In this document: positions 37,741 through 46,825 of the stretch, in pieces
How positions within the stretch are numbered: the stretch's first letter is position 1
How the letters are laid out: the number at the start of each line of letters is the position of its first letter
DNA from: Candidatus Omnitrophota bacterium
GTDB taxonomy: Bacteria; Omnitrophota; Gorgyraeia; Zapsychrales; JANLHA01
Direction of reading: 5' to 3'
DNA length: 64,000 bases
NCBI GenBank assembly: GCA_020632535.1
Contig: JACKFJ010000002.1
Span: forward strand, 382,331-446,330
Program-made: the position numbers and the translations under genes
The notes under the pieces: model-generated
Told to the model about the DNA's origin: nothing
Database searches by the model: none
What the model saw: only the letters and a program-made list of their open reading frames with translations

Positions 37741-38494
37741 ATTCCGCGTTGTCAGCAATGAAAAACTTTGTCCGCGTTTTTATCGGCTTAGTCTCGACGC
37801 TAAATCTTTGGTAAAAAAGATTAAACCCGGTCAATTTATTCATATCCGTGTAGAGGATAGTTTGGAGCCATTCTTTCGTCGACCATTTAGTGTTTATCGC
37901 GCGCAAAAGAATGCCGAGATTTTTTATGAAGCGATCGGTCCGGGGACAAAAATTCTTTCTCAAAAGAAAAAAGGCGATGAGTTAGATATTCTGGGTCCCT
38001 TGGGTAATTCTTTTGCTTTGCCGCCCAAAGGCACAAAGACTGTTGTGATGGTTGCCGGCGGAATTGGCGTTGCGCCATTTTTAATTTTTTCTGATCTGCT
38101 TAAAGACAAAGGGTATGATCTTATTCTTCTTTATGGCGGCCGCACTAAGGGTCATGTTTTTAACATGAAAGATTTTAAGAAGAATGGATGTAAAGTTTTT
38201 ATCGCTACGGACGATGGCAGCGTCGGCGTTAAAGGACGCGTTTCAAAATTATTTTCAAAGATTCCTTTAGATTCTAAGGCGACATATCTTTATACTTGTG
38301 GACCAAATCCGATGATGGCCGCGGTACAGGATTTTGCGCGGCAAAATCATTTATCCGGCCAAGTTAGCTGTGAAGAAGTCATGGCCTGCGCTTTGGGCGC
38401 GTGTTTAGGGTGTTCCATTGAAACCAAATCAGGTTATAAAACAGTCTGTTACGACGGGCCAGTGTTTGACTTGGATGAAGTGGTATTTCATTAA
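37721..38494 (+). CDS. pyrK: Dihydroorotate dehydrogenase (class 1B) electron-transfer subunit
   Basis: FAD-binding RRPFS, NAD-binding GGIGVAP, and C-terminal 2Fe-2S cysteines CALGACLGC...C. Confidence 0.85.
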   Translation: MEKIQNKFRVVSNEKLCPRFYRLSLDAKSLVKKIKPGQFIHIRVEDSLEPFFRRPFSVYRAQKNAEIFYEAIGPGTKILSQKKKGDELDILGPLGNSFALPPKGTKTVVMVAGGIGVAPFLIFSDLLKDKGYDLILLYGGRTKGHVFNMKDFKKNGCKVFIATDDGSVGVKGRVSKLFSKIPLDSKATYLYTCGPNPMMAAVQDFARQNHLSGQVSCEEVMACALGACLGCSIETKSGYKTVCYDGPVFDLDEVVFH

Positions 38495-38514
38495 AATACC
38501 GTTGCATTGAAATA

Positions 38515-38588
38515 CCATTGCGAGGAACGAAGTGACGAAGCAAACTCTCTTGGCGGAGATTGCCGCGCACCTTCGGTGCTCGCAATGG
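38515..38588. repeat. Family A palindromic element, full length
   Basis: ccattgcgaggaacgaagtgacgaagcaaac ... gagattgccgcgcaccttcggtgctcgcaatgg. Lies between pyrK and pyrD. Confidence 0.8.
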
Positions 38589-38599
38589 GAGAAAAAACT

Positions 38600-39505
38600 A
38601 TGAATCTTGCAATCAAAATAGGTAACGCCACTTTTCCTAATCCCGTCACAGTCGCGTCAGGGACGTTTGGTCACGCGGAAAAATATTTTAATCTTGAAGA
38701 AGTCAAAAAGCTCGGCGCCATTGTTCCCAAAACTGTCACGCTTTTGGCGCAAAAAGGCAATCCGCCTCCACGTATTGTTGAGACTCCGTCAGGCATGATC
38801 AATGCCATCGGCATCGAAAATCCCGGCGCCGATAGTTTTATCACGCAAAAATTACCAATGTTTAAAAAAATCGGCGTGCCTTTAATTATTAGCATTCTTG
38901 GGCATAGTGACGAGCAATTTGTTTCCCTTATTAATAAATTCAATGTTGTCGACGGTATTGCCGCCATTGAGCTTAATTTGTCGTGCCCTAATTTGAAACA
39001 CAAAGTTCTCGTCGCGCAAGATCCTGCTTCGACCGCGCGCGTCGTTGGACAACTTAAGAAGATTTCTCGCTATCCGATTATTGCCAAACTTTCTCCGAAT
39101 GTGACTGACATTTCCGAAATTGCCGTCGCCGCCGAAGAATCCGGCGCGGACGCGGTCAGTTTAATTAATACATTTACCGCCATGGCAATTAATACTAAGA
39201 CTCGTCGTCCGGTTTTAGGAAATTTGACCGGCGGATTAAGCGGACCCGCGATTCGTCCGGTCGCTTTGCACATGGTTTATCGTACAGCACAGCGCGTAAA
39301 GATTCCTGTCGTAGCCATGGGTGGGATTATGTCGACTAATGATGCTTTGGAATTCTTAATCGCGGGTGCGAGCATGGTTGCCGTCGGAACATTTAATTTT
39401 GTCAATCCACGCGCGCCCTTAGAAGCGTTAGAAGGTATCAAAGCGTATATGAAGGAAAATAAAATAAAAGATATTAAGGAATTGATCGGGAGTTTAAAAA
39501 TATGA
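38600..39505 (+). CDS. pyrD: Dihydroorotate dehydrogenase catalytic subunit (class 1B)
   Basis: NPV.VASGTFG, IGIENPG, ELNLSCPN and GGI motifs. Start moved from 38507 (read-through of the repeat) to ATG 38600. Confidence 0.9.
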   Translation: MNLAIKIGNATFPNPVTVASGTFGHAEKYFNLEEVKKLGAIVPKTVTLLAQKGNPPPRIVETPSGMINAIGIENPGADSFITQKLPMFKKIGVPLIISILGHSDEQFVSLINKFNVVDGIAAIELNLSCPNLKHKVLVAQDPASTARVVGQLKKISRYPIIAKLSPNVTDISEIAVAAEESGADAVSLINTFTAMAINTKTRRPVLGNLTGGLSGPAIRPVALHMVYRTAQRVKIPVVAMGGIMSTNDALEFLIAGASMVAVGTFNFVNPRAPLEALEGIKAYMKENKIKDIKELIGSLKI

Positions 39506-40251
39506 GCAAATCGCCGCAATTGATTGTCGCCCTTGACGTGAATACTTTGGCAGAGGTTCGTGAGTTGATGGAAAAGTTAGATCCCGTCGTGGATATTTAT
39601 AAAGTCGGCAGTCAGCTTTTTACGGCATCAGGTCCGGCGGCGGTACGTTTTGTCGAAGTGCGCGGCAAGAAAGTTTTTCTTGATTTAAAGTTTCATGATA
39701 TTCCCAACACGGTTGCCAGTGCAGTTACCTCGTCGGTAGGTTTGAATGTCGCCATTGAGCGTAGTATGGATATTAAGAATCGTAAAAAGCCTTTGTTGCA
39801 AAGTGTTTTTATGTTTACGGTGCACACCTGCGGCGGGGCGGAAATGATGAAAGCCGCGGTTGAAGCCGCGGCCAAAGCCAGTAAAGCAATCGGTGTTGAG
39901 CGTCCTTTGGTTGTTGGTGTAACGGTCTTGACAAGTGACAGCAAACAAGATAATCTGGCGGACTTGGTGTTGGAAAGAGCCAAGCTAGCGAAAGCGGCGG
40001 GGTTGGATGGAGTTGTCGCGTCGTGCCATGAAGCAAAAATGTTACGCGAAAAATTTGGACCGGATTTTGTAATTGTAACGCCGGGGATTCGTCCGGCTGG
40101 TGACGATGTGGGTGATCAAAAACGTGTCGCAACACCTGCGCAAGCAAAAATGAGTGGGAGCAGTTTTTTGGTTGTGGGGCGACCGATTGTTGGCGCGACT
40201 AATCCCTTGCAAGCCGCGAAGAATATTTTAAAAGAGATAAGCGCGCAGTAG
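39502..40251 (+). CDS. pyrF: Orotidine 5'-phosphate decarboxylase
   Basis: LIVALDV, DLKFHDIPNTV and VVGRPI motifs. Confidence 0.9.
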   Translation: MSKSPQLIVALDVNTLAEVRELMEKLDPVVDIYKVGSQLFTASGPAAVRFVEVRGKKVFLDLKFHDIPNTVASAVTSSVGLNVAIERSMDIKNRKKPLLQSVFMFTVHTCGGAEMMKAAVEAAAKASKAIGVERPLVVGVTVLTSDSKQDNLADLVLERAKLAKAAGLDGVVASCHEAKMLREKFGPDFVIVTPGIRPAGDDVGDQKRVATPAQAKMSGSSFLVVGRPIVGATNPLQAAKNILKEISAQ

Positions 40252-40263
40252 ATTTTTCTTACT

Positions 40264-40294
40264 CCATTGCGAGGAACGAAGTGACGAAGCAATC
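40264..40294. repeat. Family A palindromic element, single arm
   Basis: ccattgcgaggaacgaagtgacgaagcaatc; identical over 29 nt to the left arm at 38515. Confidence 0.8.
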
Positions 40295-40318
40295 TTTTAA
40301 AAGCGGTTCTGATTTTTG

Positions 40319-40453
40319 TTGAGGGGCGTCACTTGCTTCTGGCGAAGCAAGTACTCGCCCATAGTTTTTCTAAAGGTAAGATTTCAAGAATGTTTTTTTG
40401 GAGGGCGTCACTTGCTTCTGGCGAAGCAAGTACTCGCCCATAGTTTTTCTAAA
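40319..40453. repeat. Direct repeat, 56 bp x 2 (period 79 bp), each copy containing a hairpin
   Basis: ttgaggggcgtcacttgcttctggcgaagcaagtactcgcccatagtttttctaaa at 40319-40374 and 40398-40453 (1-2 mismatches). Internal stem acttgcttc/gaagcaagt. Confidence 0.85.
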
Positions 40454-40481
40454 TGATAATTTTGATAATTGTGGTAACTAT

Positions 40482-40555
40482 GGGCGGTTAGCTCAGTTGG
40501 TTAGAGCAGTTGACTTACATTCAACAGGCCGTTGGTTCGATTCCAGCACCGCCCA
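40482..40555 (+). tRNA. tRNA-Val (anticodon TAC)
   Basis: Acceptor gggcggt/accgccc, D-arm gctc-agttggtta-gagc, anticodon stem gttga/tcaac with loop ctTACat, T-arm gttgg-ttcgatt-ccagc. Confidence 0.9.
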
Positions 40556-40612
40556 TTCTCTTCGGTCAAAAAATTTCTTTACAAAGTCAAGTCGACCCAG
40601 TACACTTAGTAA

Positions 40613-40727
40613 AAATTTTCAAAGTATTAAAAAGTAAGTTTTTGGTATTTGGGGTGGTCCTGCTGAGCTGGACAACACCCCAAATTTTCTAAGTATTAAA
40701 AAGTAAGTTTTTGGTATTTGGGGTGGT
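40613..40727. repeat. Direct repeat, 46 bp x 2 (period 69 bp), covering the tRNA-Asp leader plus its first 8 nt
   Basis: aaattttc[a/t]aagtattaaaaagtaagtttttggtatttggggtggt at 40613-40658 and 40682-40727. Confidence 0.85.
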
Positions 40728-40797
40728 AGTGTAGCCTGGTTAACATGTCAGCTTGTCACGCTGAAGATCGCGAGTTCAAATCTCGTCCACCCCGCCA
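40720..40797 (+). tRNA. tRNA-Asp (anticodon GTC), with genomically encoded CCA
   Basis: Acceptor ggggtgg/ccacccc, anticodon stem tcagc/gctga with loop ttGTCac, T-arm gcgag-ttcaaat-ctcgt, discriminator G followed by cca. Confidence 0.9.
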
Positions 40798-40961
40798 GAC
40801 TTCCATAAAAGAAAAACCTGCTATCCATTAGGGAGAAGGTTTTCTCTTTGTAAAGTCTGGCGGAGTACTGCGATGTCTGTTCACAGTACCCGCCACACGA
40901 AGGTAGATGCGGGATTCAAGCTATCACAGTACCCGCTAATCTAAAATATGTAATTCAAATT

Positions 40962-42557
40962 CTATCGAACTCTTTTGAAAATTTTTGTTCCATGATTCCA
41001 CGCCCAGCCCGGTTCGTTTTTCCAGTCACCGAATTGCGCGATAGGCTCAAAGTGCTCGGCAATATACTTTCCTAAAAGCGGGCAATAAGATTGTCCAAAA
41101 AAACCTAGTCCCGGTTCTTGAGATGCAAAAGCACGATTGGATATGAGAATATATTTCACGTCTTTGCGCTCTAGTTCGGCGATGATGGTGGCTTCTTGCT
41201 GTGGCGGAATGTTGATATGATTAAAGAAAATCAACTGCCGCGTTGGTGAGGTTTTGTTTGTCAGATAATAGTATAGCGGGTCGTAGGGGAGCGCAAAAAA
41301 TGATTCTTCTTTTGCGATATGCGTTTGGATAAAATTCGTTGTATCTTGTACGGTTGTAAACCATTCTTCCGAATTTCCAGTTGTGATGTGTCCGCGATTA
41401 ACGGTAAGAAATTGTTCCGGTATTTTCTTAATACGGACAGTATCAATTTGAGAAACATAATGCGTAAAGACAAGGACAAAGAACGATCCAAAGACCAGTC
41501 GCTGCAATTTAGGTGAAATTTTTGTCAGAGAATAACCGATTACAAAAAATAACATCATGGTACTAAAAGGCGTGGCCCAAAAACTGCGATATAAAACACC
41601 ACTGACAATATATTCGTGCAAATTGATAAAGTAAAAGAAGCCAAGCAGTACAAATGCGGTCAAAGTTTGCTTGCGTTCTTTCGAGTCGGTTTTGTGAGAA
41701 AAGACTTTGATGAGGCTGGCAATGATTGCGCCGATGATAAAAATAGCAAAGACAAAATTGGCCGGACTGGTCAAAGGTGTTGTGATGATCGCGCTGGCCA
41801 AAGCTCCAAGGGCCTGTAGAGGAGTCGAATGGTATGGCTGGTCATTGCTCATGTAGGGCATGCACTGACGGATTTCATAAACAGGTAATAAGAATAATAA
41901 GAGAAAGTACGTCATCAAGATTAAAAGCGGCACACCGATTGCGGCAACTTGGCCCAATGTTTTTTTGCCGTTGGTAGGCGGAATCTTATAAAAGTGGTCA
42001 TAAAGCCGGTAAAAAGCGATGAAGACAAAAAGGGCAGCGATTCCAAAATTGACTTTAACCATGGCCAGCAGCAAAACAAAGAAGAGGCCAAAATACAAAA
42101 ACTTTGTTCGCGGCTGTTTTATATAAGAGAAAAGCGCGAATGTTATTCCGGTTAGGCAGAAGATTCCGCCGATATGATTGTATGTAAAAAAGAAATCAGG
42201 CTGATACATCCAGAACCACATCGCCGCCATAAAAGCGAAAAGTGTTGGTATAAAGAGAGAAAGGCTTAAAAAGATAAAGACGCCACTTAAGACGGTCAGT
42301 ACGATTTTGCCGATCAGCACGCTGGGGATCGCTATTCCAAAGATTTTTAAGAATAGGGCATAATAATAGGGCATAATCGGACCATAAACCCACCAGTAAT
42401 CGCGATAGGGCATTTGTCCATGCAAAGTTTGAACGAAGGCATAAAGATCACGGCCGTGATCCCCTTGTGAAAGAAGTGTCTGGTAAGCCGCGTGATGAAA
42501 CAGTAGAAAGAGTCCCGCCAGCGGGACTAAGAGAAAAGAAATGAGACGATTATTCAT
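40962..42557 (-). CDS. Polytopic membrane protein, GT-C-fold glycosyltransferase-like (ArnT/PMT_2-like) with C-terminal soluble domain
   Basis: First-loop acidic motif SQGDHGRDLYAFVQTLHGQMPYRDYWWVYGP, about 11 TM, and a roughly 170-aa C-terminal non-membrane region. Confidence 0.45.
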   Translation of the reverse strand: MNNRLISFLLVPLAGLFLLFHHAAYQTLLSQGDHGRDLYAFVQTLHGQMPYRDYWWVYGPIMPYYYALFLKIFGIAIPSVLIGKIVLTVLSGVFIFLSLSLFIPTLFAFMAAMWFWMYQPDFFFTYNHIGGIFCLTGITFALFSYIKQPRTKFLYFGLFFVLLLAMVKVNFGIAALFVFIAFYRLYDHFYKIPPTNGKKTLGQVAAIGVPLLILMTYFLLLFLLPVYEIRQCMPYMSNDQPYHSTPLQALGALASAIITTPLTSPANFVFAIFIIGAIIASLIKVFSHKTDSKERKQTLTAFVLLGFFYFINLHEYIVSGVLYRSFWATPFSTMMLFFVIGYSLTKISPKLQRLVFGSFFVLVFTHYVSQIDTVRIKKIPEQFLTVNRGHITTGNSEEWFTTVQDTTNFIQTHIAKEESFFALPYDPLYYYLTNKTSPTRQLIFFNHINIPPQQEATIIAELERKDVKYILISNRAFASQEPGLGFFGQSYCPLLGKYIAEHFEPIAQFGDWKNEPGWAWNHGTKIFKRVR

Positions 42558-42644
42558 AGTTTTTAAGTATAAAGTTGAAATTTTCTTGTTTATAATAAAA
42601 ATCGATTTTTTATTATAACTGATTTAATCAAAAAGCTCGAGAGA

Positions 42645-44228
42645 ATGATGAAAAAATATTGGATTATAGCGTTACTTTGTTTGGGCGCTTATGGGATTAG
42701 TCTTAATGGTTCCTTTATGTTGGATGATTATCTGGTGCTTTTTAACGAAAGTGGTGTTTCGAACAAAGGTTTCTTAAGTCTTTTTACCGAATACCAGCAC
42801 ATTGTTTATCGTCCGGTAGGTCATTTGCCGCTGTGGATTTTTTATCAATGCTTTGGTTCGCATGCAATTTTCTATCACATCGCCAATCTCTTACTTTTTA
42901 TTGTCGTTTGTATTTTGTTTTGTAAAATTACCAAACTTTTGACGGGAAATCGTTCTTTAGCTTTTCTGGTGACAATATTGTACGCGCTGCATCCAGCCAA
43001 TAGTATGTTGGTCAATTATGTGACGGCCAATATCTTAAGTGTGTTTATTATCACGATGCAAGTGAGTTTTTTGTTTGTCATTTATTATTTAAATACATCT
43101 CAAAAAAGGTTTTTGTATTTTAGTTATTTGTTTTTTCTCTTAAGTTGTTTTTCGCATGAGATGAGCATAATTTTCCCCGCTTTTGTTTTTTGCTTGGTAT
43201 ATTTCCTGCGTGGTTTTGATTTTAAAAAAGCAATGTTCTTTGTTATTCCTTATGGCATATTGACCGGTTTATTTTTATATTTTCGGACGATATTCTTTAC
43301 TTTAAAAGGTTCCGCGTCAGCGATTTCCTCAATGTTGCAAATTGTTGACGTTTACGTTTCCTCGATTATGACGCTGATTTATTGGTATGTGGGTAAGATG
43401 ATTGTTCCGCGAGACATTGTGTTTCTTTGGACAGCTGTGATTGAAGAGCATTATAATCCGCTAGAAATTTATCGTTCATTAGCTTTACTCGCACTTCTTA
43501 TTTATCTTATTTTCTTTCGATGGAAGAAAGGAATTAAACCGTTTGCGTTAAGTATTTTTATCATTGGTTTTGTTCCGGTTTTTGGCGCGAGTTATGCGCA
43601 TTTTCCTTTCGCGGAACCGATGATTGAACCGCATTGGTTTTATTTTTCATCGCTGGGGTTTTTTGTTCTTTTGGCGGTCGGTTTATTTTGGTTGAAAACA
43701 AAAATCAATATTACTTTTTGGAAAGTATGCGTTGGCACATTGATGGTTGTGTATTTTATTTTATTGCAGCAGAATAATTGGTACTGGAGAAATCAGGAAA
43801 GTTATTGTCGTTTTTGGATTACAACCAATGGTGTTAATACGACACCTTTTTATGGTATGGGGCAAGTGCTGTTAAATCGAGGAGATTACAAAGAAGCGAT
43901 TGGGTATTTGGGGCGTGGTTTTACGCTTTCCCGTCGGTATCAAAGCTCATTCTTGACAGCGGATGTGGGGTATGCCTACCTTAAGAGCGGTGACCCCGTT
44001 GTAGCTTCGCAATATTTTAATATGGCTGTTGAAAGAGAGCCCAATTATTCTGTGTCATATTATTATCTTGGTTTATTAGCTTGGGGTCAAGGCGAGAAGG
44101 TGGTTGCAAAGCAGTTCTTTTTAAAAGCGATACAATTGTATCCTAAAAACAAATATTATCGTCAAGAGCTGGGGCGAATTCATGCTGGCTTGGATCCGCT
44201 TGGAAAATATCCATTATTTCAACTTTAA
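42645..44228 (+). CDS. GT-C-fold glycosyltransferase-like membrane protein with C-terminal TPR repeats (TMTC/PMT_2-like)
   Basis: DD motif after TM1 (SFMLDDYLV) and LHPANSMLVNYV (DUF1736-like). C-terminal TPR units (NRGDYKEAIGYLGRG, GDPVVASQYFNMAVEREPNY, GEKVVAKQFFLKAIQLYP). Confidence 0.6.
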   Translation: MMKKYWIIALLCLGAYGISLNGSFMLDDYLVLFNESGVSNKGFLSLFTEYQHIVYRPVGHLPLWIFYQCFGSHAIFYHIANLLLFIVVCILFCKITKLLTGNRSLAFLVTILYALHPANSMLVNYVTANILSVFIITMQVSFLFVIYYLNTSQKRFLYFSYLFFLLSCFSHEMSIIFPAFVFCLVYFLRGFDFKKAMFFVIPYGILTGLFLYFRTIFFTLKGSASAISSMLQIVDVYVSSIMTLIYWYVGKMIVPRDIVFLWTAVIEEHYNPLEIYRSLALLALLIYLIFFRWKKGIKPFALSIFIIGFVPVFGASYAHFPFAEPMIEPHWFYFSSLGFFVLLAVGLFWLKTKINITFWKVCVGTLMVVYFILLQQNNWYWRNQESYCRFWITTNGVNTTPFYGMGQVLLNRGDYKEAIGYLGRGFTLSRRYQSSFLTADVGYAYLKSGDPVVASQYFNMAVEREPNYSVSYYYLGLLAWGQGEKVVAKQFFLKAIQLYPKNKYYRQELGRIHAGLDPLGKYPLFQL

Positions 44229-44260
44229 TCAATAAGAAATAAACTCTAAGGAGAAATGAA

Positions 44261-44581
44261 ATGATTACGTTTGAAGATTTTAAAAAGCTGGAGTTGATTG
44301 TCGCGCAAATCAAAGAAGTTAAGGATCATCCCAATGCGGATCGTTTGTATCTTTTAAGAATTGATACCGGTAAAGAAGAAAAGCAGATTGTCGCTGGAAT
44401 TCGCGCGAATTATAAGCCCGAAGAGCTTGTTGGACGCAAGGTTGTGGTGATCAATAATCTTGAACCGGCGGTGATTCGTGGCGAAGCTTCCAATGGAATG
44501 GTTTTGGCGGCATCTGGAGAGAGCGGGCCGGTCATTCTTTTCCCGGAAAAAGATGTTCCAGTTGGGAGTATTGTAAAATAA
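44261..44581 (+). CDS. Stand-alone tRNA-binding OB-fold protein (Trbp111/CsaA/EMAP-II-like)
   Basis: FEDFKKLELIVAQIKEVKDHPNADRLYLLRIDTG...QIVAGI...VVVINNLEPAVIRGEASNGMVLAA matches the PF01588 domain found at the MetRS C-terminus. Confidence 0.8.
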   Translation: MITFEDFKKLELIVAQIKEVKDHPNADRLYLLRIDTGKEEKQIVAGIRANYKPEELVGRKVVVINNLEPAVIRGEASNGMVLAASGESGPVILFPEKDVPVGSIVK

Positions 44582-44587
44582 TATTTT

Positions 44588-46291
44588 ATGAATCGACGTA
44601 TTTCCCCATTACTTTTAGGCGCATGTGCTACTATTTTTTATGCGTTTTATCGATCCGTTTCTCCTTATTTAGTTTGGGATGATACAAACTGGATACATAT
44701 TAATTCGCATGCTACAGGTTTTCTCCCTTTTACGTCTTTTTCAGCGATCTTTGATAAGTATTTGATACAACCTTTTGCGCAGATTAGCCAAATCGGATAT
44801 CGTCCCTTTAATTCGGTGATCCGCTTGATTGGAAGCGATTATTTTGTTACGCCTAATATGCTTCCACAAATCTGGTTTATGGGTATTGCGATTATTGAAG
44901 GAATTTGTGCGGTATTTATTTTTAAGCTTTTAAGACGGATTTTACGTACAGAACTTTTCGCTTTGGGTGTTTTATTTATTTTCCTTTCTTCGGCGCCAGT
45001 AGTTACATCTAGTTGGATCATTTTTGCTGGGATACAGATTTTGGTTCCGGCGATTATTTGTTTGGGGTTGGATTTATATTTCCAAATCAGGGAAGATAAG
45101 CGTCCGCAATTGGGATTGAAAATTGCGCTTTTTTTAACAATGTTCTTTGGTTCGTTTTATCGAGAGTTTATCGGTGTTTTGCCTTTGCTCATTATTTTTT
45201 TAGAAATTCTATATCAGAAAAAGATTACTAAATTACTGATGGCCGCGGTGGTATCGTTTTTTCATGCTTTATTCCCCACAGCAATGATGCGAATCTTTTT
45301 TCATGATCTTCCGCTAAGTCCAGTTTTTAAAATTGGTCTTTTAGGTGAACGAATGGGTGGAGGCATAGATTTTTTTCTCGACCCCTTTGTGTTGCTATAC
45401 AAATCGACAATTTTGATTAATAATTTTTATAGTCTTATTCCGCCGCTTTTGTGGATGACAGGTTTATTGGCAGGTCTTTTTCTCATTATTAATGAGAAAA
45501 CACGCCATGAAATTTTTAATAAGAAAGTCATTTTTCTCTGCGTTTGGTTTCTCATTTCATTTTTACCGTTTTTAAAGATTTATACTGAACAGGTTCATCT
45601 GGGATATTCTTTATTGCCAGCGATTCTGATTCTCGGAATAGTGATAGAGCGGTTTGTCCTGTGGATTCGAAATGAAGGAAAATTCAAGAACATATCGTTG
45701 GGTTTATTGACGGTAATTTTGGTGATTATCGTTATGGATTATGGCGCGAATTTATACGGTAGTGCCAAAGTGGTTTATGAAATCAATCGCGGAATGAATC
45801 GCGTTGCAGAAGAACTTAAAGAACGTTTGCCGCAAGGATCGGTTGTTGTTGGCAATGCTTTGCACGTGGGTGATATTCAGACATATTCCAAGAATTATTT
45901 TACCGCGTATTATTCCGTAAGTGCCGGAGTGCCATGGCCACAATTTGTAGTTTCTGAAAAATCTGATTTGCAGGCCTTAGCTAAAACCCAAGGCCACGAC
46001 ATCTATTTTTTAAGCATGGATTTTGATTATCCATTGGACAAGGTCGGGTATCATCGCCATAAATTTGTTTATGATGACAATGTTGGTAAAGAATATTTAG
46101 GGAAAATTGAACAGACGGTAGTAGAGTACCTTTATATTGATCCTTTTAAGCGTTTAACGGCGCGACCCTTTATTTCATTTATGGGGCCACCAGATTTAGA
46201 AAATGATTTTTATCGTGGTCCGTGTCGCAACGGTAAACCATTTTGCCGCGAAGTTTATGTGGAGTATCATTTATATAAATATATTCCTTAA
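44588..46291 (+). CDS. Polytopic membrane protein, GT-C-like, with C-terminal soluble domain
   Basis: WDD motif after TM1 (YLVWDDTNWIH), about 11 TM, and a roughly 190-aa C-terminal domain. Confidence 0.45.
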   Translation: MNRRISPLLLGACATIFYAFYRSVSPYLVWDDTNWIHINSHATGFLPFTSFSAIFDKYLIQPFAQISQIGYRPFNSVIRLIGSDYFVTPNMLPQIWFMGIAIIEGICAVFIFKLLRRILRTELFALGVLFIFLSSAPVVTSSWIIFAGIQILVPAIICLGLDLYFQIREDKRPQLGLKIALFLTMFFGSFYREFIGVLPLLIIFLEILYQKKITKLLMAAVVSFFHALFPTAMMRIFFHDLPLSPVFKIGLLGERMGGGIDFFLDPFVLLYKSTILINNFYSLIPPLLWMTGLLAGLFLIINEKTRHEIFNKKVIFLCVWFLISFLPFLKIYTEQVHLGYSLLPAILILGIVIERFVLWIRNEGKFKNISLGLLTVILVIIVMDYGANLYGSAKVVYEINRGMNRVAEELKERLPQGSVVVGNALHVGDIQTYSKNYFTAYYSVSAGVPWPQFVVSEKSDLQALAKTQGHDIYFLSMDFDYPLDKVGYHRHKFVYDDNVGKEYLGKIEQTVVEYLYIDPFKRLTARPFISFMGPPDLENDFYRGPCRNGKPFCREVYVEYHLYKYIP

Positions 46292-46294
46292 TAT

Positions 46295-46819
46295 ATGTTA
46301 AAAGATTTCAAACAATTTGTTCCCTCATCTGTGTGCTTAAAGTGTGACGGCTGCTGCCGTTTTAAAGAAGCAGACAGTCGCTGGCGGCCGTATATTGCTG
46401 AGAATGAAAAGAAAGAAGCGGCTCTTCCAAGCGTTGTGGACAAAGTCTTCGGCAGTCATGTCATTTCTTCTGACGGGAAAATTGCCGCGACACATTGTGG
46501 TGAAGGATTTTTGTGCCATTTTTTTAATTCGAAAGATAATACCTGCGGCATATATCACGCTCGGCCTTTTGAGTGCCAGCTCTATCCCTTTCTTTTGGGG
46601 AAGGAAGGTGCAAAAGCAGTTTTGTATGTGCATTTGAATTGCCCCTTTATTCAGGAGCAGTGGAATAGTCAAATCTATAAAGAGTACAGTCAATATTTGC
46701 AGGATTACTTTCGGAAAAAAGAAGTGCGTGAATTTTTGAAACACAATCCTATGCTTTTGACGGATTATTCTGCGTTTCGTCCTGAACTTGATCATGTGTG
46801 TGACATTGTTTTGGAATAA
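46295..46819 (+). CDS. YkgJ-family cysteine-cluster protein (UPF0153)
   Basis: CLKCDGCCRF (CxxCxxCC) plus a downstream C...CGIYHARPFECQLYPF motif. Confidence 0.75.
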   Translation: MLKDFKQFVPSSVCLKCDGCCRFKEADSRWRPYIAENEKKEAALPSVVDKVFGSHVISSDGKIAATHCGEGFLCHFFNSKDNTCGIYHARPFECQLYPFLLGKEGAKAVLYVHLNCPFIQEQWNSQIYKEYSQYLQDYFRKKEVREFLKHNPMLLTDYSAFRPELDHVCDIVLE

Positions 46820-46825
46820 ATTTCT

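Noticed and set aside
38507-38599. N-terminal extensions MKYHCEERSDEANSLGG... (pyrD), MLRRCAPRNG... (32096-32134, rsmI) and MLRRPFGTSRNGG... (57409-57456)
   Set aside because: These segments are translations of the family A palindromic repeat. Conserved protein N-termini and RBS-like sequences begin at the downstream ATGs (38600, 32135, 57457).
40398-40637. 79-aa and 60-aa plus-strand ORFs (40398-40637, 40510-40692)
   Set aside because: They run through the 56-bp repeat and tRNA-Val, so they are artefacts.
40319-40727. Direct repeats near the tRNA cluster, considered as a possible CRISPR array
   Set aside because: There are only two copies of each repeat. The two repeat types differ in length (56 and 46 bp) and period (79 and 69 bp). 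One includes the tRNA-Asp 5' end, and no cas genes or leader are present.
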